Virus record (IMG/VR): IMGVR_UViG_3300042923_000619
Location: 96,001-160,000 of that record
Direction: 5' to 3' (one strand)
Length of the DNA: 64,000 nucleotides
From: a virus
Part shown: piece after piece, positions 32,142 through 42,812 of the stretch
Layout of the letters: each line of letters starts with the position of its first letter
Numbering within the stretch: the stretch's first letter is position 1
Position numbers and translations under genes: made by a program
The notes under the pieces: model-generated
Told to the model about the DNA's origin: nothing
Database searches by the model: none
The model's input: only the letters and a program-made list of their open reading frames with translations

Positions 32142-35100
32142 ATGGATAAAAATCATAATTGTAATAATATCAAATGTTGTGGTAATTTTTCTGGTGAATG
32201 TAGACAACCATATCTAGCTTGTAAGTTACATACAACAATCGGAACAGAACAACAAAAGGCACTTGAGTTATTATTAAAAGAAAAAGGAAAAGATTTTTAT
32301 AAAGAATATAAAAAAATATATTAGTGAGAGATATATATAAAATATGATATAATAATTTAAAGGAGCGTGTAAAATATGGATAAAATGGAATTTGCAAAAT
32401 ATTATAATGCAACAGGTATATTAAATAAGATGCTAGAGGAAGACAATAAACTATTTGCATATCAAAAAGATTATTGTCAAGGTTTATATATTTGCATGGA
32501 TACTCATGATTTTTGGGTGTGCAGAATATTAGACGGATATAACGAAGAATTTGAACAAGAAGAAGGCTCATGGCTAGTAGAAAGGAATAAAATTGATAAA
32601 TATGATTTGCTTGAATTTGTAAAAGAAAATTATAAAAAGCTAAGAGCTTCACATGTATCAGATAGAAATACAAGAGATTGGTTAATAGATACTTTTAAAA
32701 CAAAAAAATTAATAGAGTATGTTATTTTATATGATGATGATAAGGGGTTAGAAGGTTGGGATAATACTAAATGTGATAGTTTAGAAGAATGTATAAAAGT
32801 TATAGACGGTGGATTTGGTATTATTGAATTAACTGCATAAGAATATATAAAGAACTCGAAAGGGTTCTTTTTGTTTTTATAAAACTATAATTTTAATTAC
32901 TGAGGTTTTAAAATCCATTATCAATAAAATCAACTCACTACAATGCACAAGAATCAATTCTAGACTGTATAACCATATACTAGACCTTTTAAATTTAAAA
33001 CGCTTATATAGGTTGTATGAACTATATTTGCATTAGATTCTATATAATGAGTATGAATCCAGTATTTTCAGCAGTAAGAAAATAATTTTTAAATATTTGA
33101 ATAAATTAATAGAAATATTATTGAAATACATTTAAAACTATGCTATACTTATATCAAGATAAAGGTTTAGAATAAAAGTAAATTTAAGGGGATGAAATTT
33201 ATGACTAGTGAACAAGTTAAATTATTAAATGAAATAGTAAAATATAAATATTCTAAAGATGAAGCAATTGGAGAAATAATAAATAATAAAAGAAAATTTA
33301 GCTATTATGATAACTTAATAGACATCATTAATTTATATTATGATAATAAAATTCAATGGTTTAGACCTATAAAAACAGCATCTCCTAGAAGTAATATTGC
33401 AACATGGAGTATTTTTAAACTTAATATTAAATCTTATCAATATGAAAAATACTCAAATGATTTATTCATGAGAAAAGAAAATGTCATTGATTTTTTAGAA
33501 AACAGTTATCAAGATGGATTTAAAATAAATAATAAAGATTATATAATTATAATAAAGTAAGTCTGAAGAGTCTTTGAAAATTAAGACGAAACTAGCTGAA
33601 AAGCTAGTCACTTACAAAAAAACATTTCAAGACAATTAAGTAAGTCAGAATTTAAAACACTAGTGCAATGCTAGTTACATAAATAGAGTAAAATAAATTA
33701 ATAGAGATAAAAATAATATTTAAAATTGAAGGAGTAGATTTAAATGAGTAAAATAGTAATTAATGAAAAAGAAAATAGAATAGATAAATTTGACATATTA
33801 AAGATTTTTTAAAAAAAGAAGTAAATACAGAAGTAAATCTTGATAAACTATGGCAGGAAATTAGAAGGAGAGATATAGACTTAAGACATTACTATATATA
33901 AACAAATTAATATAATAAGGAGTGTTGTTTATGAATGAAATTATTAAATTAGGTAATAATAATTGTACTAAATGCCAATTTAAACAATTAGAAATCGTTG
34001 CTTTTAATACAAATACAATTATAAAATCTTGTACAAGATGTAAGGAGAATTAAGTAAAATGATAAATGATTATGTTAGAAAAGTTCATTTAGCAATGCAA
34101 ACTAGGGAAGAAGACATAATTATGGTACATAAAAATATGTTAACATATGAAGACATTGAATTAATTAAAGAATTAGAAGAAATATATGATAAAAAAGTTA
34201 TACTTTGCACACTACAAGAAATTTTAAACAATAAAGATAAGAATGTTTATGTTGTAGATTAAAACAGAAAGGGATTGAAGTTATGTTTATAAAATGGTTA
34301 GAATTAGGATTATATAGTGTAATTGTATTACTAATATTTATAGGAATGGGGTTAACTAGTTGCTTTATTTATAATAATATATTACATAGAAAAAATAAAT
34401 TAAAAGAAAAGCGTAAAAAGAAAAGTTATTTTATAGATGTTGCTTAATAAAAAATATTTTACATGAAAGGATATGAATATTATGAGTTTAGAGAGATTAT
34501 CACCAAGTATGAGAAATTGTATAATGAATTTACAGGTTGAGAGCGTTGTTAGTATAAATTATAGTAAAGTTAAAAATAAAAATAATACTGGTAGTTTATT
34601 AAATATAATATTAAAAGTATTTAGATAAGGAGTTATAAATATGAAAATAGAATTGAATACAAAAGGTATAGTCGAGTTAGATAAGAGTAACAAAGAACAG
34701 ATAATGGAACTTATGCAGTATTTAAGAGACTTGAAAGAAAATTCATGGATTCAATACGAAGCTACAAAGAAAAATTCTTACTGGGATTTGTTAAAGGATG
34801 CTTCAGAGGATATTTTTGAATTAATAAAATATTTTAAAGATATTTGGTTAGACGTTGTTAATTTAAATCCAAAAAGAAAATATATTTAAAATTAATAAAT
34901 TAAAATAAGAAAGGATGATTATAAAATGAACATTGAAAATGAAATTAAGGATTTAGAAAAACAATTACAAGAAAAAAGAGAATTACAAGAAAGATTAAGA
35001 TTAGCTAATGGAGATGATAAGATTCTAGTATTACAAGAAAAATATCTTCAAATTAAAAATTCTAGAAATATAATGGATTATGGAAAAGAAAGCTATGTAA

Positions 35101-36509
35101 AAGCTGAAAAGGAAATGAATAAGATTCAACAACAGATTGAAGAATTATATAGCGAAGATAAAAAATTAGCTATATTTTTACATTCAAAACATTGTCATCA
35201 CAATCATACAGATGGGTGCAGTTGGTTCTATGATATAAGTGACGGTTTACATGATTGGAATGCTTATGCTCACAAGGACTGGTTACAAAAAGCACAAGAA
35301 ATATTAACAATAATTGACTTTGAAACTGCTAAGAAAGTTTTTAGTATAAGACTTTAAAATACTCACTTTACATGAATTGAAATAAATTAATATATGAAAG
35401 ACAGGTGTATCAAATGGATGAATTATTATTAAATATTAAAAACGATTTAGAAAGCATTAAAGTAAAAAAAGATTGGCAGTTGTATATTTAGCACAGGATT
35501 TAAAAGAAGGGAAAATTGGAAATGTTGATTTATCAGAATTATCTAATTTAAGCAGAACAGACATAGAAAAAATAATAGAGAATTATTTTGTTGGATAAAA
35601 GTAACTAAATTATTGATTTCAAAAGGAGTGGAAACGATGGAAGTAATAAACAATATATTAAAGTTTTTAGAGAATAGACAAATCAAAAAAGCTTTAAATA
35701 ATATTAAAAAGAATAACGGAAAAGTTACTTTAAAAATGTATTCTAAATGGGCGTTAGCAGATATAATTAATTCAGTATCATCTAATTCAAATACTAAAGT
35801 AAAAGAAATAGAATTTACTAATGGACTTAAGGCTAAATTTACAATAGTTTAAAATCATAATTTTACTTGAAGGGAGGAGATGGAAAAATGACTATAGCAG
35901 AATTTTTAGTCACTAAAGATTATGGTAAAAATGTTCATGAAGTAAAAAAGAAATTATATAAAACAAATGAAGTAAGAAAAATTGGATTTGTATTTATGGT
36001 TAATGGTGAAAAGGTAACTGATATTAATTATTTACTTAATACTGGAGATGAATTATTTGTATTGTATAATGGCAGACATAAATACACTATTTAAAATAAA
36101 TCTTTTATTTGGATAGATTAGGAAAATAAAATTATGATATAATATTAAAATATAAGGAGTACTGATTATGAAAATTATAAGTGGAAACTGGAGAAAACAT
36201 AGCTTTGTAGATGAATATATAAAAAAGAATAAAGGGAAATATCTTGTTATTGAAACAAGTGAAAATAGTTATCCTTTTGAGCAAGATGATTTATTATTAG
36301 CTGAAACAGAAAAAGAATGTTTGATAACCGATATAACAAAATGGGATTCAGAATTAGAAAATGATAGGATATTCATTCTTTTTACAAATGAAAATGAAGA
36401 AAATTTTAAATATTATAAAGAGAATTTATCGTTCTTAAAAAGAGAAGTTATAATTGTATTAAATACTATATCTGGCACTAGAGTTTATCCATATATATTA
36501 CAAGTATAA
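32142..36509 (+). CDS. Further small hypothetical genes (32142, 32376, 33192, 34059, 34641, 34926, 35613, 36168)
   Basis: ORF track; strong RBSs. Confidence 0.65.
33557..33615 (+). ncRNA. Type I hammerhead ribozyme
   Basis: Stem I GTAAGT/ACTTAC; core CTGAAGA; stem II GTCTT/AAGAC; GAAA; stem III CTAGCT-GAAA-AGCTAG; cleavage triplet GTC (cut after C33609). All invariant core bases present. Confidence 0.92.
35867..36094 (+). CDS. Stand-alone S4-like RNA-binding domain protein
   Basis: VNGEKVTDINYLLNTGDELFVLYNGRHKYTI resembles the S4 domain of TyrRS/Hsp15. Confidence 0.45.
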   Translation: MKGGDGKMTIAEFLVTKDYGKNVHEVKKKLYKTNEVRKIGFVFMVNGEKVTDINYLLNTGDELFVLYNGRHKYTI

Positions 36510-36524
36510 AGGAGGTGATTACTA

Positions 36525-36878
36525 ATGAATTTCAATGAACGTTTAAATATATGGATAAAAGAAAATAGTATTAAACAAAGTGATATTGCTACGATTGCAC
36601 AGGTAAATAAAAGTTATGTAAGTTGTGTTGTAAGTAAGGGGAAACCACCAAGTGATAAGTTTATTGATGCCTTAGTAAAAATGAGTGGACATAGTGAATA
36701 TTGGTGGAATAATGGTAAGGATGAAGATGATAATTTAAATGCTTTTAATGAATTATTAAATACTCTTATAGCAAGTGGAAGTATAAGAGCAGATGGATCA
36801 TATGATAAAGATATAGAATTAATTATTAAAACAATGGTTGATAGAGAAATAAAATTAAAAATAGAGAAAGTAAAATAG
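36525..36878 (+). CDS. XRE-family HTH regulator
   Basis: IKQSDIATIAQVNKSYVSCVVSKGK..PSDKFIDAL HTH. Confidence 0.75.
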   Translation: MNFNERLNIWIKENSIKQSDIATIAQVNKSYVSCVVSKGKPPSDKFIDALVKMSGHSEYWWNNGKDEDDNLNAFNELLNTLIASGSIRADGSYDKDIELIIKTMVDREIKLKIEKVK

Positions 36879-36891
36879 GAAATATAACAGA

Positions 36892-38644
36892 ATGAAAGGA
36901 GATATTAATATGAAAAAATATAGTTTTGAAAAAATTAAAGAAGAAATAATTAATATATTAGAAAACAATTATTTAAGTACATTGGGAAACAAAAAGAATT
37001 TCTTAATAGATGATGATGGTGAAGAAATTGATTTCCAAAATGAGAAATATTATGTATTATGTGATAAAGGATTTAAACTTACACTAATTGAAGGGGATAT
37101 AATATTAGGTGTATCAAATAATGAAAATGTTACTGATAAGTGGATAAGTCAATTATATCTAGCGAAGAAAGCTCAAGAAAAAATACAAAGATTAATTGAT
37201 ATGCAATGTATTTATGATAGTTTGTCCAAGTAAAAAAAAGTAATTTTACAAAGTTGGGAAGTGTACTAAATGAAACTTAAAGACGTATTACCTTATGAAT
37301 TTATGGGTAGTGAATATGAAAAAGATAAAGCAAGAACATATGCTGAAATTGAAGTCGTCAAACAATATGATTCAAGAGATGTTATTTGGGCAGGAAAACA
37401 TAAAAACGTAACCTATTGGTTTGAATTAGAAAATGGTTATGCAGTAGGAATGAATGAGAGTCCTATTAGAGGATTAAGTTTTCCTATACTGAAAATAAAA
37501 AGTAAAACTATAAAAATCTGATTTTATTGAAAATAATTATCAATTGGAGAGAGGAAATTAATGAATATGAAAATAGATTGGGAAAAGTTTTTTGATAAGA
37601 AGCTTATTATACAATTCAATAATAAATATGAATATAAATTATTTAGAGATAAACTTAATTTAGAATTTAAAATTAATAAAAATGTATTAAATGATTTAGT
37701 AATAAAAACAACACCTAATTTAGTATATGGAGTTATTTATGAAACTTTTGGAGGTATTAAAGAATATAGACTTATTGATACTAATATGTGCGATATAGAA
37801 AATATCTATAAGAAGTATGTTCACTCTATGGCTGAATTTATGTCAAAAGAAGAAATCGCCAACATTAAAGAAAAGGAAGAAATAATAAAAAAAGATATTA
37901 TGAATAAAGAAGCTGGAGGATGGAGTAGTGGCAACGCAATTTGTAACAGCTTGGATAACTATAAAGAAAAAATGGAAAAAGATATAGAAGAATATAAAAT
38001 GAGAAAAGCTTCATATGAATGTTATTACGGGAATGGAACTTGGATACACAGTCGTTATTATAAAGAATATTATCCTGATTAATCCTAGATACTATATTAA
38101 CTTTAATTAAAATCTTAGTTTTATGATAGTTATTATCAATTAGAAAGAGGGGAAATATAATATGAAAAGTAAAGTGAGAATTGGAGATACAATTAATTTA
38201 TTAACTATCAAAGAATGTAAAATAATTAGAAGTAATGATAGAAGCGAATCTGATATTATAGATATATTTCTATATAACAACAATGTCAATGTGATTGCAA
38301 AGAATGAGAAAGATATAATTATATGTTGTTATGATGGTGAATCTTATCCAAATGATAATTTTTATATAATGAAATTTATACATGGGACATTTACAATTAA
38401 AAAACATTGTGAGAATAATCAAAAAGGTGCAATATATTATAATGAAGATTATTATGGTTATGTTGATGAAGATGACGAATTTGTATATGTTGCACATTAT
38501 AGTATTTATGAAAGTGGAATAAATTCTATGTGTAAAATAAATAAGGATAAATATTATAAGAACGCTGTGAGCATTAATGATTTTAATTATGCTGAAGATT
38601 GTTATAAAAAAGAATGGGGATTAGTAGGGAAAGAATTAGCTTAA
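36892..38644 (+). CDS. Four hypothetical genes (36892, 37270, 37561, 38162)
   Basis: ORF track; several are separated by TAAAA-N6-TTTTA sites. Confidence 0.65.
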
Positions 38645-38848
38645 AATGTTACTATTAAATAAATTAAAATAAAATATTTGATTAATTGAATATTACATAT
38701 TCTATATTTAGACAAATTTATTAGCATATTTTATATAAATATTGAGAATTATATAAAATATGCTAAATTCTAGAAAAATATTAAGAAAAAGTATTGTAAA
38801 CTTTTTCAAGAAGTAGTATATTATAAATATAGATTATATTTAATTAAA

Positions 38849-39148
38849 TTAAATATAATAATTTAAATGTGTCTCATCTTCTTTTTCATCACATTTATTA
38901 TTCAAAGAACAATTTTCACAATTAAATTTCATAATTTTATTAGGACAAACCCCTAGTGCTAAGGCTATGGCTGAAATAAGAGATAGTTTTGGAGATTTTT
39001 TACGTGTAATAGTCGGTTGTTCTAACATAGCTATATAAGCTTGGCTTACACCAACTCTATATGCTAATTCTTCTTGACTCATATGACATTCATGTCGATA
39101 ATATTTTATGGATAATTCATATAACATTTTATACACTCCTTTCGACAA
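38849..39148 (-). CDS. Divergent XRE-family regulator with a C-terminal Cys cluster
   Basis: MSQEELAYRVGVSQAYIAMLEQ...LSLISAIALALGV; CENC...C tail. Probable start at 39127 (RBS AAAGGAGTG). Confidence 0.85.
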   Translation of the reverse strand: MSKGVYKMLYELSIKYYRHECHMSQEELAYRVGVSQAYIAMLEQPTITRKKSPKLSLISAIALALGVCPNKIMKFNCENCSLNNKCDEKEDETHLNYYI

Positions 39149-39191
39149 GTAGAAATGTTTTTATCATTATAACATGGAATATTATGTCGAA
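39141..39191. promoter_or_regulatory. Two Spo0A boxes around the XRE promoter
   Basis: TTCGACA (39141-47) and TGTCGAA (39185-91) flank an extended -10 TGTTATAAT (39174 to 39166) that lacks a good -35. Confidence 0.55.
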
Positions 39192-39427
39192 ACAAGATGA
39201 AAATTAATCCAATAATAAAATATTAGTAAAATATTATTACCACCAGTAATAGTATTAAAAATATGATGTGATATAATAGATTTATAGGAGTTGTTAAATT
39301 ATTAACAATTTAATTTTAATAAACAAATGAATATAATAAGCAAAACTAAAGCCGATAAAAATATCATAATAACTGATAAAATTTCTTTACAGAATATTTG
39401 TTTGGTGTTAAAATTATATCTATAATA

Positions 39428-39441
39428 AGAACACACATTCG
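39428..39441. promoter_or_regulatory. LexA (SOS) box
   Basis: AGAACACACATTCG (reverse complement CGAATGTGTGTTCT) immediately after TATAAT at 39421. Confidence 0.6.
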
Positions 39442-39577
39442 ATAAAACTATGGTAATAAAAATAAATATTCCTAAAATACATATTGATATTTATATTAAT
39501 TTGTTATAAAATAGAAATGTAGACAAGTTTAAATATATTAATTTGTTTATAAATATATAAAAATAAAAAGGGGAATC

Positions 39578-39892
39578 GTGATGGGAATGAGAGTAAAACA
39601 AAATAGAAAAACTACTGAACAATTAAAAAAAGAATATGAGACAAATATTCAAGGATATATTTTTATGGCAAAAGAAAACAATAACAATATCTTAATATCA
39701 GAAAATAATGATATTATAGTATGTAAGGCTCAAGATTTTTGGAATACAATAAGAATAAGTGTTATGGATATAGAAATTGAGAATCCTAAATTTATAAGAT
39801 GCGAATACATAAATGATAAGCTAATGTTAGAATATGATGATAGAATTATAAAATTAAAAATGTTAAATGATGGACACAATGCAATAGAATAG
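39578..39892 (+). CDS. Hypothetical protein
   Basis: 104 aa; promoter TTGATA-N17-TAAAAT (39484-39512) with TTAATTTGTT in the spacer. Confidence 0.6.
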   Translation: MMGMRVKQNRKTTEQLKKEYETNIQGYIFMAKENNNNILISENNDIIVCKAQDFWNTIRISVMDIEIENPKFIRCEYINDKLMLEYDDRIIKLKMLNDGHNAIE

Positions 39893-39954
39893 TATATAAT
39901 TATAAGAAAGTGATAAAATAATGAAATAAGTAGTTATTTTTATCACTATTTTTA

Positions 39955-39983
39955 TTGCAATTAATTTGTTAAAGTGATATAAT
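39955..39983 (+). promoter_or_regulatory. Promoter of the repressor-like pair, with the dispersed motif inside its spacer
   Basis: TTGCAA-TTAATTTGTTAAAGTGA-TATAAT. Confidence 0.75.
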
Positions 39984-40032
39984 AATTAATATAGAAGTTA
40001 AATAACGAAATATTATTCAAGGAGATGATTTT

Positions 40033-41451
40033 ATGACACAAGAAGAAGTTCTTATATATAGTCAAGAAAATTTAAATAAAGAATTAAAAAAAGTTATAAC
40101 AAAATATTTTAAAAATAAAGAATTAATAAAATCTATAAATTTTGAATTAGCAGAAAAAAATATGAATTCAAATATAACATCAGCATTATTTTTAGATGGA
40201 ACATTAGAGCCAAAAGATTTATCTAAAGAAGAAAAAATGGCAATAACAAAAGTTTGTTATGATGTTTTAAAATTAGAAAAATTAAATTATAGAAAATATT
40301 ATGAAGCAGAAGAAAGAGGAGATTACAACAGTTATAAAAATATAGAAAAACAAATAAAAGAAATAGAACTTCATAAAATTCAAAAAATAGATGAATATAA
40401 TTATATAGGTAGAATTAGCTATGAACAAATATATCTATATATGAAAAATGTATTATTTAGATATAACAAATTGGCACAAAGAGCATTTAAAACTAAATCA
40501 TATGGAACAAAGGATTCATCAATAAGAGTTATTGACTTAAAACAAAAAAATGTTAATGCTATGTTAGAATTGATATTAAAAGGAAAATTAGAAAGTACAC
40601 AAATAATAATAAATGTGAGACTTCCAGAAGGAGATGAAGATTTTGAACCAAAATATGTATTTGAATCAATAGATGAAGAAAATCTTCCCGACATTGGAAC
40701 TTTATCAATTTATCCATTATATGATATAGATAGTAAAGATTTTACAGTAGCAGAAATATTAGATGGATTCCATAGATTAGTTGCTGTTTATCAAGCAATA
40801 GCACAATATAAAGCTGAAAATAATGGTACAGTTCTGGAAGGTGGATTAGATATTAGAATTGTAATGAGAACACTTTCAGAAGCTCAAGAAATCGTCAGAC
40901 AAATTTTTGAAAGAAGTGACACAAATAAAGAATTCATAAAAGGATTTAAACAAGGTGATGATGTTGATTTCTTAAAATTAGTAGAAGATAATTCTAAAAT
41001 ACTAAAAGGTGAAATCGCAATAAACTTCGAAGAACACAAAATGTCTAAAACATTAACATATAAAACAATTTTATTAGATGCATTAAAATTAACAGAAATT
41101 CAAGTAGAGAAAAAGGGAAGTATTAGAACTATAGCAAAAGAATTAGGTTCTACAATTGATGAATTAGTTGAATCATTGAAGTTTAAGTACTTTAATGATA
41201 ATTTAGAAGATATGGAAGCAGATAGTATGCTATTAAGTTGTAATATGTTCGTAGGTTATTTAGCTATAGCAAATACTATGAGAACAATGAAAGATTATAA
41301 TAAAATTGATGAGGTAATAGATAACCTATATACCGTTCCTAAGTCACAATTAGAAAAATTGAAAATAAATCGTAGCCCAAATTCTTGTAATTATAAAGTT
41401 ATATACAAATACTTTACAAACTTAGTAATGGAGGTGTATAAAGTTGCATAA
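40033..41451 (+). CDS. DGQHR/DndB-ParB-like domain protein (SPbeta YopQ/SroE-like)
   Basis: 472 aa, EILDGFHRLVAV motif; overlaps the next gene by 8 bp. Confidence 0.6.
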   Translation: MTQEEVLIYSQENLNKELKKVITKYFKNKELIKSINFELAEKNMNSNITSALFLDGTLEPKDLSKEEKMAITKVCYDVLKLEKLNYRKYYEAEERGDYNSYKNIEKQIKEIELHKIQKIDEYNYIGRISYEQIYLYMKNVLFRYNKLAQRAFKTKSYGTKDSSIRVIDLKQKNVNAMLELILKGKLESTQIIINVRLPEGDEDFEPKYVFESIDEENLPDIGTLSIYPLYDIDSKDFTVAEILDGFHRLVAVYQAIAQYKAENNGTVLEGGLDIRIVMRTLSEAQEIVRQIFERSDTNKEFIKGFKQGDDVDFLKLVEDNSKILKGEIAINFEEHKMSKTLTYKTILLDALKLTEIQVEKKGSIRTIAKELGSTIDELVESLKFKYFNDNLEDMEADSMLLSCNMFVGYLAIANTMRTMKDYNKIDEVIDNLYTVPKSQLEKLKINRSPNSCNYKVIYKYFTNLVMEVYKVA

Positions 41452-42601
41452 TCAAGATTTGGAATTTATAGGTCAAAAATATTTAAAACCGACTCTAGAA
41501 GAAACAGAAGCAAAAAAGCAAGAAATATTGGCTAGTTATGATAAGTTTCAATTAGATAAAATTACATGGTTAAATAATGTGTATATAGAAGAAACAACTA
41601 AAAAACCTTTATGGAGTGTTTATAATAATAATATCCATGATTATGAAGTTGCAAAAAACAAGGATTTGAAAGATTTTCAACAAGAAGAAGTTGTTTCTAT
41701 GATGAAAAGTTTTATTTATGTAGCACCTATGACTTTAGGATCTATTAAAGCTTTTGTTAATAGATATTTTGATTATTGGGTTGAAAAAGGTTATATAACC
41801 ATTAATCCTATACTTGGTGAGAAATCATTAAAAGGAATAAAATCAAATAAAAAAATGTTAGAAACAAAAATATACAATATGGATGAATTTTATGATTTAC
41901 TAAGACAAATGAAAGAAGTCACAAAATCAGCTAATATAAAACCTTTATTATTAGGTAGATATGGCATACAAGGGAAACAATTGATTCATATGAGAAGTTT
42001 GAAATATAAAGATATTGATATAGAAAATAAATTTGTTAATATTTATGATGAAAATAATAAATTTCTAACATTAATTCCAATAGATAACCAGTTTATTGAT
42101 TTTCTGGCTGAATTAGATGATATTGTTGATGAAGACTCTAAGAAGAAATTATATGAATCAGATGTATATGTATTAGAAACAAGAGAAATAGTAAATTATA
42201 ATACTGTAAATAGTAGAGTTTATAATGCATTTAAATATTTGAATAAAAATGGTAAAGAAAATATAGAAGACTGGGAAAAAGTTCCTCGTATATCTTTTAA
42301 TGATTTACTATTTACAAGACAAATTGAACTTTTATTGCAAATAAGAAAGACAAGAAAGATATCTATTCTTGATATAAACAGCATAGTAGATATCTTTGGT
42401 AATATAAAAGGAACAGCATTTTCTAAGTATCATATACAAGAAAAATATGAAAGTTTAACAAAAGATAAAGTTCTATTAATTCAAGGAGGATATGCAAAGT
42501 TTGAAAATAAGATGGAGATATTAAAAGTTAATATGATTGATCCATTAGCGTATGATACAGTCAATGAAATTTGTGAGTCAATAGGATTGAATATAGATTA
42601 G
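41444..42601 (+). CDS. Catalytically degenerate tyrosine-recombinase-fold protein (SPbeta YopR/MrpR/SroF-like repressor)
   Basis: Core-binding-like N-domain; box I reads YGIQGKQLIHMRSLKYKDID (no catalytic Arg) and box II reads ISFNDLLFTRQ (HxxR lost). Confidence 0.65.
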   Translation: MHNQDLEFIGQKYLKPTLEETEAKKQEILASYDKFQLDKITWLNNVYIEETTKKPLWSVYNNNIHDYEVAKNKDLKDFQQEEVVSMMKSFIYVAPMTLGSIKAFVNRYFDYWVEKGYITINPILGEKSLKGIKSNKKMLETKIYNMDEFYDLLRQMKEVTKSANIKPLLLGRYGIQGKQLIHMRSLKYKDIDIENKFVNIYDENNKFLTLIPIDNQFIDFLAELDDIVDEDSKKKLYESDVYVLETREIVNYNTVNSRVYNAFKYLNKNGKENIEDWEKVPRISFNDLLFTRQIELLLQIRKTRKISILDINSIVDIFGNIKGTAFSKYHIQEKYESLTKDKVLLIQGGYAKFENKMEILKVNMIDPLAYDTVNEICESIGLNID

Positions 42602-42628
42602 ATTGGGAAAATCCAATCTTTTCTTTTT
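42597..42628 (+). terminator. Intrinsic terminator after the recombinase-like gene
   Basis: AGATTGG-GAAAAT-CCAATCT followed by a U tract. Confidence 0.75.
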
Positions 42629-42650
42629 TAATTTATTTTTATAAAAAGTG

Positions 42651-42793
42651 TTGACATTATATTCCGTAGGGTGTAATATATAGTCATGGGAGAGATAACA
42701 ACAAATTAAAATAAAAAAGAAAAACATTTAAAAAAGTATTGACAGTATTACCAAATGGTGGTAATATTAAAACATAGGAACAAAACAAATTAA
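42651..42793 (+). promoter_or_regulatory. Tandem sigma-A promoters of the mazF operon
   Basis: TTGACA-N17-TAATAT at 42651 and 42739, each followed by AACAAATTAA (42700, 42784); palindrome TATTACCA-N5-TGGTAATA at 42746-42766. Confidence 0.8.
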
Positions 42794-42812
42794 TGTAAAA
42801 AAGTAATTTGAA

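Noticed and set aside
41444-42601. Active integrase and att site
   Set aside because: Catalytic Arg and HxxR are absent, no att-like junction was seen, and the element has its own Rep and partition system.
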